Source: Bacteroidia bacterium
Lineage (GTDB): Bacteria; Bacteroidota; Bacteroidia; Bacteroidales; VadinHA17
NCBI GenBank assembly: GCA_026391215.1
Contig: JAPLDX010000051.1
Span: 1-64,000, forward strand
Direction of reading: 5' to 3'
Length of the DNA: 64,000 nucleotides
The notes under the pieces are model-generated. The model saw nothing but the letters and a program-made list of their open reading frames with translations, did no database searches and had not been told where the DNA came from. Within the stretch, counting starts at the first letter, position 1; each line of letters opens with the position of its first letter. A program made the translations under genes and the position numbers. Positions 9,600 through 21,033 of the stretch are shown here, one piece after another.

Positions 9600-10841
9600 A
9601 TGAAAGATCTCCAAAATATCAAGCAACGGTTTGGCATTATTGGTAACTATGAGGTACTTGACCGGGCAATTGATATTGCAGTCCAGGTTGCCCCCACAGA
9701 TCTTTCTGTACTCATTACAGGAGAAAGCGGGACAGGCAAGGAAGCTTTTCCACAGGTTATCCATAATTACAGTACCAGGAAGCATGGACCATATATTGCA
9801 GTAAACTGCGGCGCAATTCCCGAGGGTACAATTGATTCAGAATTATTTGGTCACGAGAAAGGTTCATTTACGGGAGCAACTGATAGCAGAAAGGGTTATT
9901 TCGAAGTTGCAGATAAAGGCACCATCTTCCTCGATGAGGTTGCAGAACTACCGCTTTCAACACAGGTCAGACTGCTCAGAGTGCTTGAAACAGGAGAATT
10001 TATAAGGGTGGGATCATCAAAGCCCCAGAAAACAAACGTAAGGGTAATTGCCGCCAGCAACATGGATATCGCGGGTGCTATTGATCATGGCAGGTTCAGG
10101 GAAGATCTTTATTACAGGCTTAATACAGTACCGATCAGGATACCTGCACTGCGGGAGAGAGGTGATGATATTTTTCTGCTGTTCAGGAAATTTGCTGTCG
10201 ATTTCGCTGAGAAATACAGGATGCCGGCCATTAGGCTTGAACCAGATGCAAAAATTATACTAACGAACTATTCCTGGCCGGGTAACGTAAGACAGCTGAA
10301 AAATATAACCGAACAGATATCAATAATTGAAAGGGAAAGAGAGATTAAAGTCTCTGTACTCAAAGCTTATCTGCCTGATTATGACGGAGTAAAGCTCCCT
10401 GCAATCATAAAAAAGGATGATGATAAATCCTTTTCATCCGAGAGGGAGATTTTGTACAAGATCCTTTTCGACATGAAAAGCGATATGAATGATCTCAAAA
10501 AACTGGTATATGATCTTTTGCAGCACGGAGATGTTGGAGTCAACATTGACGAGTCAAACTCAAGGGTTGTGAAGAATCTGTTCAGGGAGGCTGCAGAAAG
10601 AAGAGGCACGGATGTGCCTCATGAATCTTCTGCTGAATTTTCACCCCGACAGGAAAGGGACGATATTCAAGACACTGAAGAGATTGTTGAAGAATCTTTA
10701 TCGCTTGCCGACAAGGAGGTTGAGATGATAAAGAAAGCTCTGGAAAAATTCAACGGAAAACGTAAGCTGGCAGCGCATGAGCTGGGTATTTCTGAAAGGA
10801 CCCTGTACCGTAAAATCAAGGAATATGGAATTGAAATGTAA
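9600..10841 (+). CDS. Sigma-54-dependent Fis-family activator without N-terminal sensor domain
   Basis: GESGTGKE Walker A, ELFGHEKGSFTGA, FLDEV, WPGNVRQL, C-terminal HTH LGISERTLYRK. Confidence 0.93.
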   Translation: MKDLQNIKQRFGIIGNYEVLDRAIDIAVQVAPTDLSVLITGESGTGKEAFPQVIHNYSTRKHGPYIAVNCGAIPEGTIDSELFGHEKGSFTGATDSRKGYFEVADKGTIFLDEVAELPLSTQVRLLRVLETGEFIRVGSSKPQKTNVRVIAASNMDIAGAIDHGRFREDLYYRLNTVPIRIPALRERGDDIFLLFRKFAVDFAEKYRMPAIRLEPDAKIILTNYSWPGNVRQLKNITEQISIIEREREIKVSVLKAYLPDYDGVKLPAIIKKDDDKSFSSEREILYKILFDMKSDMNDLKKLVYDLLQHGDVGVNIDESNSRVVKNLFREAAERRGTDVPHESSAEFSPRQERDDIQDTEEIVEESLSLADKEVEMIKKALEKFNGKRKLAAHELGISERTLYRKIKEYGIEM

Positions 10842-11361
10842 AAAAAATATTTTTCCGGTAGCAGCCATTCTTCTTATTCTTACCGGCTGGATTTTCCTGC
10901 TGAACGGATGTAAGATCAGTTACTCCATGAGCGGAGCCAGAATATCTCCAGAGGTAAAAACATTGAGTATTCAGTATTTCCAGAACAGGGCAGACCTGGT
11001 ACAGCCCATGCTCAGCCAGTATCTTACCGATGCCCTGATTGACAAATGCAAGGCCCAGACAAATCTCGGGCTGGTAAACGGTTTGGGAGACGTGGATTTT
11101 GAAGGTGAAATATCCGGTTATAGTACGGTCCCGCTGACTGTCGCTGCCGATGCGCAGGCTGCAACAAACAGGTTTACCATTTCTGTGAGGGTGAAATTCA
11201 CAAATTCAATTGAGCCGGAATTAAGCTATGAGCAAACATTCTCGCGTTACGAGGACTATGACAGTAGTCTGGACCTTAATCAGGTTGAGAAAGAACTCTC
11301 TGATAAAATTGTTGAACTCCTGGTTGAGGATATATTCAATAAGGCTTTTGTGACCTGGTAA
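10825..11361 (+). CDS. lptE: LptE-family LPS assembly lipoprotein
   Basis: Lipobox LNGC, ISYSMSGA, size and position typical of Bacteroidota LptE; start uncertain. Confidence 0.75.
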   Translation: MELKCKKNIFPVAAILLILTGWIFLLNGCKISYSMSGARISPEVKTLSIQYFQNRADLVQPMLSQYLTDALIDKCKAQTNLGLVNGLGDVDFEGEISGYSTVPLTVAADAQAATNRFTISVRVKFTNSIEPELSYEQTFSRYEDYDSSLDLNQVEKELSDKIVELLVEDIFNKAFVTW

Positions 11362-11366
11362 CTGAT

Positions 11367-12302
11367 ATGAACAGAAACGATTTTCTGAGGATGATTGAAA
11401 ATTCGGGTCCTGCCGATCGCCAGACGATCGGCGAGGTCAGCGAGCTTATTGATATTTTCCCATATTTTCAGAGTGCATATATGCTTTTGCTGAAAGGACT
11501 AAGAAATACCTCCGATGTCAGGTTCGAAAATCAGCTCAGGATATCTGCTATGCATATTGCTGATCGTGAGGTGTTATATTATTTCCTGAAAAAAGAGAAT
11601 GTTATAAAGGATAAGTCGGAAACAGTCATTCAGCAAAGGGCAGATTCCTCCAGCATTTCAGAAGAGAGTCAGCAGGTAGTGATCGAAACGGCCAGGAACA
11701 GCGAGGATCTGATAAATGAAATAGAAAAGAGTGACGAGGCAGGTACGCATGAAGAGAAAGCCGCAGTAGTTCTTCAGGGTGCACATCAGTCTGTATCCAT
11801 CCAGTCTGATCCTGAGGGAGGCGAATCAGTTGCCACTGTATTTGTTATTGATGAAGATTCCGGTTTAGAAGAGGAAAGGGTAATATTTATGGATCCCGGA
11901 TTTTCTGCACCGGAAGGAGAACAGGAAGACCTTCTTGAGCTTGAAACAGAAGAAACTATTATACAGCCTGAAGCGGAGATGTCAAAAGAGGATCAGCAAT
12001 CTCCGGCTGATTCAGTTGACATTAAGCAGATGCAATCGGAGCTGATTGACAAATTTATTCTGACAAATCCAAGAATTGAACCTGCAAAGGAAAAAACGGA
12101 AACGGCACATACAGATATTTCAAAACCTTTTGTTGAGGAAAGGGGAGGATTTGTAACAGAAACACTTGCAAGAATTTATGCCAACCAGGGCTATTATTCA
12201 AGGGCAATTGATATTTATGAGAAATTAAGTTTGAAATTTCCGGAAAAAAGTAGTTACTTTGCATCTCAAATTGAAAAAATAGAGGAGTTATTAAAAAAGT
12301 GA
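11367..12302 (+). CDS. Conserved hypothetical protein with acidic linker and C-terminal TPR-like helices
   Basis: FPYFQ N-terminus, C-terminal TETLARIYANQG...LSLKFPEKSSYFA. Confidence 0.8.
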   Translation: MNRNDFLRMIENSGPADRQTIGEVSELIDIFPYFQSAYMLLLKGLRNTSDVRFENQLRISAMHIADREVLYYFLKKENVIKDKSETVIQQRADSSSISEESQQVVIETARNSEDLINEIEKSDEAGTHEEKAAVVLQGAHQSVSIQSDPEGGESVATVFVIDEDSGLEEERVIFMDPGFSAPEGEQEDLLELETEETIIQPEAEMSKEDQQSPADSVDIKQMQSELIDKFILTNPRIEPAKEKTETAHTDISKPFVEERGGFVTETLARIYANQGYYSRAIDIYEKLSLKFPEKSSYFASQIEKIEELLKK

Positions 12303-12306
12303 TAAG

Positions 12307-12672
12307 ATGGGAATTTATATTTTTGTTTCGATTGTAATCATAGTTGCGTGTATTATTGAGGTACTTATTGTTCTTGTTCAGAATTCAAAAGGAGGGGGGC
12401 TTGCTGCCAATTTTACATCGGCAGGACAGTCAATGGGCATACGCAAGACAGCTGATTTCCTTGAAAAATCGACCTGGACAATTGCCGCTACGATCCTGGT
12501 TCTCTGTATCGTTGCAACAGCCGCTATTCCACGCGGCACAGAATCTGAACGTTCAAGAATTCAAAACCAGATTGACAATGCAGTTGATCCAAATGCAATT
12601 CCTACACTCCCGACAGCAGTTCCCCAGACAACAACAACTCCTTCGACCGGACAGGAACAGCCAGAAAACTAG
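12307..12672 (+). CDS. secG: Preprotein translocase subunit SecG
   Basis: VLVQNSKGGGL...DFLEKSTW, two transmembrane helices. Confidence 0.93.
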   Translation: MGIYIFVSIVIIVACIIEVLIVLVQNSKGGGLAANFTSAGQSMGIRKTADFLEKSTWTIAATILVLCIVATAAIPRGTESERSRIQNQIDNAVDPNAIPTLPTAVPQTTTTPSTGQEQPEN

Positions 12673-12696
12673 AAACCTATGGAATTACTATATAAA

Positions 12697-12725
12697 AAGT
12701 GTCAGTTTGTCATATTCTGACACTT
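12697..12725. promoter_or_regulatory. TGTCAG/CTGACA palindrome upstream of groES (operator/enhancer and/or secG terminator)
   Basis: AAGTGTCAG-N11-CTGACACTT perfect 9-bp arms, followed by a T-run. Confidence 0.5.
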
Positions 12726-12754
12726 CTTTTTTCGTTAATGGCACATTTACCGGT

Positions 12755-12771
12755 TTGGCATAAAATATGCA
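12755..12771 (+). promoter_or_regulatory. Putative sigma-54 (-24/-12) promoter of groESL
   Basis: TTGGCATAAAATATGCA: GG 12757-58 and GC 12769-70, canonical spacing. Confidence 0.7.
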
Positions 12772-12817
12772 CAAAAAGGAATCATCAAAGAAAATCTAAC
12801 TTTAAAACTAAATAAAA

Positions 12818-14756
<1,939 letters not shown>

Positions 14757-14758
14757 AA

Positions 14759-14881
14759 TTTTACCCCCTGGCCCCCTAAAGGGGGTTTAAAAGGAGATAT
14801 TAAATTGAATAAGAGCCGTCCCGAGTACCCGGGACGGCTCTGCACATTTTAGCCCCCCTTCAGGGGGGGTGGGGGGTAAAA
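14759..14881. repeat. REP/MITE-like multi-hairpin element containing the groEL terminator
   Basis: Terminal IR TTTTACCCCC/GGGGGTAAAA enclosing CCCCC-TAAA-GGGGG, AGAGCCGTCCCG/CGGGACGGCTCT (14812-14841) and CCCCCC-TTCA-GGGGGG hairpins. Confidence 0.65.
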
Positions 14882-14888
14882 AAATTCA

Positions 14889-14896
14889 TATATTTG
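14889..14896 (+). promoter_or_regulatory. Bacteroidota primary-sigma -7 element for lepA
   Basis: TATATTTG (TAnnTTTG) 25 bp before the ATG. Confidence 0.6.
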
Positions 14897-14921
14897 CACC
14901 TGATTTCGAATCTGTTCCCCG

Positions 14922-16709
14922 ATGAACTATATCCGTAATTTCTGCATCATAGCGCATATCGACCATGGGAAAAGCACCCTGGCCGACAGGCTCCTTGAAA
15001 AGACACATACTATTGCGGAAAGAGAATATCAGGACCAGATCCTGGATAATATGGACCTTGAAAGGGAAAGAGGCATCACAATAAAGAGCCATGCCATCCA
15101 GATGGAATACATCCATGAAGGGCAGAAATATTACCTTAATCTTATCGACACCCCTGGCCACGTGGATTTCTCCAATGAAGTATCACGGTCAATTGCCGCA
15201 TGTGAAGGAGCTCTGCTTGTCATTGATGCAACACAGGGAATACAGGCGCAAACAATAGCAAACCTGTACATGGCAATAGATCATAACCTTGAGATAATCC
15301 CTGTCATCAATAAAATGGATATGACAAATGCAATGCCTGAAGAGGTTAAGGATCAGATAGTTGACCTTGTCGGCTGCAACCGGGATGATATTATTGAAAC
15401 AAGCGCAAAAACAGGCATGGGAGTTGACAGGATCCTCAGTGACATCGTCAACAAGATACCTCCTCCGCAGGGAAATCCTGATGCCCCCCTCCAGGCACTC
15501 ATTTTTGATTCAATTTTTAATTCTTTCCGGGGAATAATAGCCTATTGCAAGATTGTAAACGGTACAATATCAAGAGGAGACCGGGTAAAATTCATGAGTA
15601 CAGGTCATGAATACAATGCAGAAGATATAGGAGTGCTGAAACTGAAGCAAGATCCCCGCGAAGTTATGGGAACAGGTGATGTTGGATATATTATTACCGG
15701 CGTTAAAGTATCCTCAGAAGTAAGAGTAGGAGATACAATCACTCATGTAATAAATCCGTGTGAAAAAGCTATTTCAGGATTTGAGAATGTCAAACCAATG
15801 GTATTTGCGGGAATGTATCCTGTTGATGCAGATGAGTATGAAGATCTGAGAAACTCAATTGAAAAACTTCAGCTGAATGATGCATCGCTTTCATTCATAC
15901 CTGAATCTTCAGCTGCGCTCGGATTCGGATTCAGGTGTGGATTCCTGGGGTTGCTTCATATGGAAATAATCCAGGAACGGCTGGACAGGGAATTTAATAT
16001 GGACGTAATTACCACTGTACCAAATGTTTCGTTCAAGGTTTTTACAACAAGGGGAGAGGAGATAGATGTCCATAATCCATCAGGGCTTCCGCCAGTCACC
16101 AATATAGATCATATTGAGGAACCTTATATTGTTGCTAAGGTTATAACTTTATCAGAATATGTAGGTTCAATAATGAATCTATGTATTGATAAAAGGGGCA
16201 CACTGAAGAATCACGTCCATCTTACGAGGAACAGGGTTGAGCTTACTTTTGAAATGCCTCTGTCAGAAATAGTTTTTGATTTTTATGATAAGCTTAAAAG
16301 CATATCAAAAGGGTACGCATCATTCGATTACTATTATACTTCTTACCAAAGGGCTGACCTGGTAAGGCTGGATCTTCTTCTGAACGGTGAAATGGTTGAT
16401 GCTCTTTCTACCCTGATTTACAGGGGCCATGCCTATGAATTTGGCCGCAAAATGTGCGTGAAGCTAAAAGAGCTGATCCCCCGTCAGCAATTTGATATAG
16501 CAATACAGGCAGCCATAGGAGCAAAGATAATTGCACGGGAAACAGTCAAGGCAGTCAGAAAGGACGTGACGGCAAAATGCTATGGCGGAGATATAACAAG
16601 AAAAAGGAAACTTCTTGAAAAACAAAAGAAGGGGAAAAAGAGAATGCGTCAGATAGGTAATGTCGAAGTGCCCCAGCAGGCATTCCTGGCTGTATTAAAA
16701 CTCGATTAG
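14922..16709 (+). CDS. lepA: Elongation factor 4
   Basis: [49 protein letters not shown]. Confidence 0.99.
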   Translation: MNYIRNFCIIAHIDHGKSTLADRLLEKTHTIAEREYQDQILDNMDLERERGITIKSHAIQMEYIHEGQKYYLNLIDTPGHVDFSNEVSRSIAACEGALLVIDATQGIQAQTIANLYMAIDHNLEIIPVINKMDMTNAMPEEVKDQIVDLVGCNRDDIIETSAKTGMGVDRILSDIVNKIPPPQGNPDAPLQALIFDSIFNSFRGIIAYCKIVNGTISRGDRVKFMSTGHEYNAEDIGVLKLKQDPREVMGTGDVGYIITGVKVSSEVRVGDTITHVINPCEKAISGFENVKPMVFAGMYPVDADEYEDLRNSIEKLQLNDASLSFIPESSAALGFGFRCGFLGLLHMEIIQERLDREFNMDVITTVPNVSFKVFTTRGEEIDVHNPSGLPPVTNIDHIEEPYIVAKVITLSEYVGSIMNLCIDKRGTLKNHVHLTRNRVELTFEMPLSEIVFDFYDKLKSISKGYASFDYYYTSYQRADLVRLDLLLNGEMVDALSTLIYRGHAYEFGRKMCVKLKELIPRQQFDIAIQAAIGAKIIARETVKAVRKDVTAKCYGGDITRKRKLLEKQKKGKKRMRQIGNVEVPQQAFLAVLKLD

Positions 16710-16728
16710 ATAGTTGTAATATAAAACA

Positions 16729-17415
16729 TTATCCGGTAAGCTTATAGCCACGGCCATGGACATTAATTATTCTGACCGACGGATCGTTTTTCAGGTATTT
16801 CCGCAGCCTGGTAATATAAACATCCATACTTCTGGCATTGAAGTAGTTATCATCGATCCATATTGACTTGAGGGCAAAATTACGTTCAAGTATCTCATTG
16901 CCATGCTGGCACAGCAGCTCCAGAAGCTCAGATTCCTTTGTGGTTAGCTTGACTGACTTATCACCAAAGGCCAGCATTTGCTTCAGCGGTTCAAAAGTAT
17001 ATTTACCGATCGTGTATTTTTCCTGTTTCTTTGGAGCTGCTGATGTTTTTGTTCTTTTTAGTATTGCCTGTATCCTGTAGAGCAATTCCTCCATCAGGAA
17101 AGGTTTTGTTATATAATCATCTGCTCCTGTTCTGAACCCTTCGAGAATATCATCTTTCTGATTTTTAGCGGTCAGGAATATTATCGGGATAGCCGGGTCT
17201 ATCTTACTTATCTCCTTTGCCAGGGTAAGTCCGTCCATTTCTGGCATCATGATATCCAGTATGCAGAGGTCATATTGTTTTACTGAAAATGATTCCAGGG
17301 CACTTAAACCATTTCCAAAGAGATTGGTCTCTATATTCTTAGCTGCAAGATAATTCCTTAACAGGGAACCAAGGTTGGTGTCATCCTCAGCAAGAAGAAT
17401 TCTTATATTTTTCAT
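16729..17415 (-). CDS. rprY: OmpR-family response regulator, RprY-like
   Basis: LAEDD, LDIMMP, GADDYITKPF, WIDDNYFNARSMDVYITRLRK. Confidence 0.85.
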   Translation of the reverse strand: MKNIRILLAEDDTNLGSLLRNYLAAKNIETNLFGNGLSALESFSVKQYDLCILDIMMPEMDGLTLAKEISKIDPAIPIIFLTAKNQKDDILEGFRTGADDYITKPFLMEELLYRIQAILKRTKTSAAPKKQEKYTIGKYTFEPLKQMLAFGDKSVKLTTKESELLELLCQHGNEILERNFALKSIWIDDNYFNARSMDVYITRLRKYLKNDPSVRIINVHGRGYKLTG

Positions 17416-17417
17416 AG

Positions 17418-18968
17418 CTATCCGTTTTGAGGAATGAATAAAGTAAATTTTGTTCCTTTATTGATCTGGCTTTCAGCCTTTATTGTGCCGTTATGCTCTT
17501 CCACAACTTTCTTTACATAGCTTAATCCAAGACCGAATCCCTTAACATTATGCAGGTTCCCTGAATGTACACGATAGAATTTATCATATATCCTCTTAAG
17601 GGCTTCCTTACTTATGCCTATGCCGTTATCTTCAATTGTTATGCTAATCCCCTTTTTTGTATTCCGTGTTGAAATGGTTATCTCAGGATTTTCTTCTGAA
17701 TATTTAATCGCATTGTCTATCAGGTTTGAGATTGCGTTAAGAAAGTGCTCCTCATCTACCATTGCATAACTGTTTTTTGCAGTGAAGTTCCTTTTAATCC
17801 TGCCGTTCCTGTTTTCTGTCTGCAGTGCAAAATTCTCACAGGCATTATTAAGGATAATATGAATATCCATGCCGGAGAAATCCAGTTTCATCTTCGTTTT
17901 CTCAAAGATTGCCATCTGCAAAACCTTCTCCACGTGGAATTTAAGTCTCATGCTTTCATCAGAAATGATCTTCGCCAGATTTTCAATATTTTTATTTTCA
18001 TCAGGTATTGTTTTATCGGCCATCATCTGTGATGCAAGTGAAATGGTGGAAATAGGTGTTTTCAGCTCGTGAGTCATATTGTTAATGAAATCATTCCTTA
18101 TTTCCGAGATTTTTTTCTGACGGAAGATCACGATGAAAGTGCTTGTTACAAGTACAAGCATCAATAGTGTGAAAAGAAGCGATAAAAAGCCCAGGCTGCC
18201 TATTTCTTCAAATTTATATTGCTGTTCATCCAGGCAATACATAACAAGCTGGTGCTGACCAGGAACAGGATCGTTGGGGAAAAGCTGCCGGATGAATTTA
18301 TTTGTTCCCGGCTTATCTGTAAATCCAGGGGTTTTATAGATAATTCCTGACCGTCCGGAACGGACTGAAAACTCAAAATCGAGGCGAATCCCGGCATTAT
18401 TCAGTGCAGTCCTGAGCAATGTCCGAAGATTCTCAGGGTCGATACGTTCCCTGACGTCCGGCGTTTCATTAAGGATCTTATCCATTATGGTCTCCAGGAC
18501 TACAATCTTATTTGAGACCCTTCCAGTCAGCTCTGCACTTATTGATTCTGCTGAGGTCTCAACAGATTCAGCCGGAGTGAATGAGGAAACATTTTCAGAT
18601 GTAATGAAGATCTTCTGTCCTGAGCTGGTTATGGCAATGGATTCATCGGGAGTATCAATCCCGTACATGTCAAGCAGTTCCGAGTAAGGCTGGTAAATAC
18701 GTAATCTTTTGGCCAGAGGGGAATTCGCAGGAATGACAGCCGTAACAGGATCGGTAGTCGCTGGATCCAGCTCATCAACTATTCTTTTTATGAGCTCATC
18801 CTGTTCAAGCTGAAGTACCACTGATTCAAGAGCTTTATTTGCCTGAAGCCTGAATTGCTGGTCAGTTATAGTTATTGCATTGCGGATCCAGTATAACTGA
18901 ATGAGAAGAAGTCCTGATATCGCCAGGAAAAAGAAAATAGCCAGTAATACTATGGTAATCCGTTTCAT
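17418..18968 (-). CDS. rprX: Sensor histidine kinase, RprX-like
   Basis: Two transmembrane helices, H-box FINNMTHELKTP, NLIDNAIKY, DNGIG, GFGLGL. Confidence 0.82.
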   Translation of the reverse strand: MKRITIVLLAIFFFLAISGLLLIQLYWIRNAITITDQQFRLQANKALESVVLQLEQDELIKRIVDELDPATTDPVTAVIPANSPLAKRLRIYQPYSELLDMYGIDTPDESIAITSSGQKIFITSENVSSFTPAESVETSAESISAELTGRVSNKIVVLETIMDKILNETPDVRERIDPENLRTLLRTALNNAGIRLDFEFSVRSGRSGIIYKTPGFTDKPGTNKFIRQLFPNDPVPGQHQLVMYCLDEQQYKFEEIGSLGFLSLLFTLLMLVLVTSTFIVIFRQKKISEIRNDFINNMTHELKTPISTISLASQMMADKTIPDENKNIENLAKIISDESMRLKFHVEKVLQMAIFEKTKMKLDFSGMDIHIILNNACENFALQTENRNGRIKRNFTAKNSYAMVDEEHFLNAISNLIDNAIKYSEENPEITISTRNTKKGISITIEDNGIGISKEALKRIYDKFYRVHSGNLHNVKGFGLGLSYVKKVVEEHNGTIKAESQINKGTKFTLFIPQNG

Positions 18969-18975
18969 ACAGATA

Positions 18976-19025
18976 CAAAAGTACTTGTATAAAAATTAGG
19001 AAGTCACTCTTTAACTTTCTTTAAC
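18976..19025 (-). promoter_or_regulatory. rprX promoter (-7 element) with upstream direct repeat
   Basis: TACTTTTG on the minus strand at 18976-18983; CTTTAAC repeated at 19009 and 19019 (10-bp period). Confidence 0.5.
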
Positions 19026-19143
19026 AAACAGTCTCGTTTAAAAACAAAATATTTTAACGTTTAGTTAAAATGTTGTTAATATTCAGGTATTTAGTTGAAA
19101 TTATTTTTTTATAACAATTGCCACATATATATTTGCTCATGAT

Positions 19144-19160
19144 TTGGCATGAAATTTGAA
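19144..19160 (+). promoter_or_regulatory. Putative sigma-54-type promoter of the candidate sRNA
   Basis: TTGGCATGAAATTTGAA: GG 19146-47 and GA (instead of GC) at 19158-59. Confidence 0.5.
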
Positions 19161-19169
19161 TTACAATAT

Positions 19170-19250
19170 ACAGAGGTTTTTTTCATAGGTTAGGTTAGTT
19201 TTAGGGTTATCAAAAAATGAGGCTGACAATCGTCAGCCTCTTCTTTTTTT
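19170..19250 (+). ncRNA. Candidate trans-acting small RNA (~80 nt)
   Basis: Promoter motif upstream, unstructured TTTTTCATAGGTTAGGTTAGTTTTAGG tract, intrinsic terminator at the end, no credible CDS. Confidence 0.55.
19219..19250 (+). terminator. Intrinsic (probably bidirectional) terminator
   Basis: GAGGCTGAC-AATC-GTCAGCCTC followed by TTCTTTTTTT; A-run on the other side. Confidence 0.85.
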
Positions 19251-19291
19251 ATATAATTAATAGTCAGATAACTGAAATCATGTCAGGAGAT

Positions 19292-19798
19292 TTATTTTCG
19301 AGCTTGATGAGACAGGTTCATGACCTTTTTAACTTCCATGTCTTTATACCTGGCAGTATTAAACAGATGTTTCCTTATCAAATGAGCTTTTTTCTTTTCA
19401 ATCCAGGTGAGATTAATTACACATGATGATCCGTCCTTCAGGATAAGTTTCACTTTCTTCTCCTTGTGAGGCATTTCAAGTTCTTTTATATCAGACCATA
19501 GGTATAAGTATTTTTTGGGTTTTACCAGCCCGTATTGAAACTCAATTTTATCATCATCAATAATGAAATACGAATCTTTCTTTTTGATTGTGGCAAACGT
19601 AGAGATTATGCCAACAAGCAGACTGATCCCGAATGGGGCCAATGACAGTGCAGGCTTTATTTCATGCATTTTAAAAACCGGGCTTGCCAGAAGAACTCCG
19701 ACACCACCAATAAAAAAAAAGCCTGTAAAAATCCATAACAATATCTTTCTCCCTTTTGAAAACTCAGTCTCTGATAAATTGTAATTAATGCTTTCCAT
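19292..19798 (-). CDS. Hypothetical membrane protein (2 TM + small beta domain)
   Basis: 168-aa ORF at the end of the acpP-fabF-rnc run, two hydrophobic segments. Confidence 0.7.
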   Translation of the reverse strand: MESINYNLSETEFSKGRKILLWIFTGFFFIGGVGVLLASPVFKMHEIKPALSLAPFGISLLVGIISTFATIKKKDSYFIIDDDKIEFQYGLVKPKKYLYLWSDIKELEMPHKEKKVKLILKDGSSCVINLTWIEKKKAHLIRKHLFNTARYKDMEVKKVMNLSHQARK

Positions 19799-19801
19799 AT
19801 A

Positions 19802-20242
19802 TTAATGGATTAGATGATTAAGGTTTCTGTCTTTAATTGATCCAATATCAATATTAAATACTGCTGTTACACATTCAGCATCTCTAAGAGTCGAAATAAC
19901 CTGATTGATATTTATTTCATTATCAGGATCATGTATCCGGAAGATGTAATCGATGTTTTTAAGCTTTCTGATAAGATAGTTTTTCCCTGAACGGTTTGAG
20001 GTCAGATCGTAAATCAGGTTCTGTGATGCTGATGAGTCCGAAAACCGGCTGAATGTCAATTCATTATCAGGCTCATCATTAATTATGACCGGGGAAGTAT
20101 TTTTAAGCGAGATCTTCAGGTTTTTGTTCAGGGCAAGAGAGAGCTTATAATCAGGTTCTGAAGATACGATGCCCAGGAAACCAGATTCATCATTCTGATT
20201 TATTCTTAATTGTACCCGCTTGATTTTGGGTGTCGTTTTCAT
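19802..20242 (-). CDS. IPExxxVDY-family-like protein
   Basis: GIVSSEPDYKL and LIRKLKNIDY variant motif; position downstream of rnc. Confidence 0.6.
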   Translation of the reverse strand: MKTTPKIKRVQLRINQNDESGFLGIVSSEPDYKLSLALNKNLKISLKNTSPVIINDEPDNELTFSRFSDSSASQNLIYDLTSNRSGKNYLIRKLKNIDYIFRIHDPDNEININQVISTLRDAECVTAVFNIDIGSIKDRNLNHLIH

Positions 20243-20290
20243 GATGATGATCTCATAACCTATAAAGATAGACAAAATTAGGAGATCATA

Positions 20291-21028
20291 TTAAGGATTT
20301 ACAGGAATATCTTTGATTCTCTGCCATGCAAGGCTTGATGCCTCCTGCTCTGCTTCCTTCTTGGATGTTCCCTGTCCTTTCGCGAATTCCTCCTTATTAA
20401 GAAAAAGGGTTGTGGAGAATACTGATTTTTTAAGATTAAAATCATATTCCTCGTTGTACGTGAAGATCAGGTTTACCTTATTTTTCTGCACCCATTCAAA
20501 AACCATACTTTTATAATCAGTATCAGTATTGATAATCTGATTAAGGTCAAGATATTTGTTCAGCACATTCTTAATAAAGAGCTTTTTGGTTTTTCTGAAT
20601 CCCTTATCAAGGAATACGGCTCCCAGGAGAGCTTCAAAGGCATTCCCGGAGAGATTTTTGGTACTATGATTTGAGCTTACGTTGCTGATCAATATCTTAT
20701 TGATGCCCATAGAAAAAGCAAGCTGATTAAGCACCTCCCGGTTTACGATCCTGGCTCTTATTTTTGTCATAAAACCTTCGTTGGCATCCGGGAACTTTTC
20801 GAAGAGAAAATCTGACAAAATGGCATTGAGAATCGCATCACCCAGATACTCCAGCCTTTCATTGTTTACTTTATTACCGTCGGGTAGTGTATACGATGCA
20901 GAACGATGTATAAAAGCTATTTCATATAATCTCAGGTTTCCTGGCTTGAAGCCCAGAATCTTTCTCAAACGGGAGCTGAATGTCCGTTTGTCAAGTAAAT
21001 ATGTACCATTTGGTTTTAAAGAGAGCAA
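20291..21028 (-). CDS. rnc: Ribonuclease III
   Basis: NERLEYLGDA signature, dsRBD with SKKEAEQEA. Confidence 0.96.
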   Translation of the reverse strand: MLSLKPNGTYLLDKRTFSSRLRKILGFKPGNLRLYEIAFIHRSASYTLPDGNKVNNERLEYLGDAILNAILSDFLFEKFPDANEGFMTKIRARIVNREVLNQLAFSMGINKILISNVSSNHSTKNLSGNAFEALLGAVFLDKGFRKTKKLFIKNVLNKYLDLNQIINTDTDYKSMVFEWVQKNKVNLIFTYNEEYDFNLKKSVFSTTLFLNKEEFAKGQGTSKKEAEQEASSLAWQRIKDIPVNP

Positions 21029-21033
21029 GGATA

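Noticed and set aside
12673-12817. CIRCE element before groES
   Set aside because: TTAGCACTC-N9-GAGTGCTAA is absent
19109-19186. 25-aa minus-strand ORF MKKTSVYCNS... with an ideal-looking initiation region
   Set aside because: Lies just past a terminator with no promoter seen; better explained as the complement of the sRNA seed, although not excluded
19217-19426. 69-aa plus-strand ORF
   Set aside because: Starts inside the terminator and is antisense to a longer ORF
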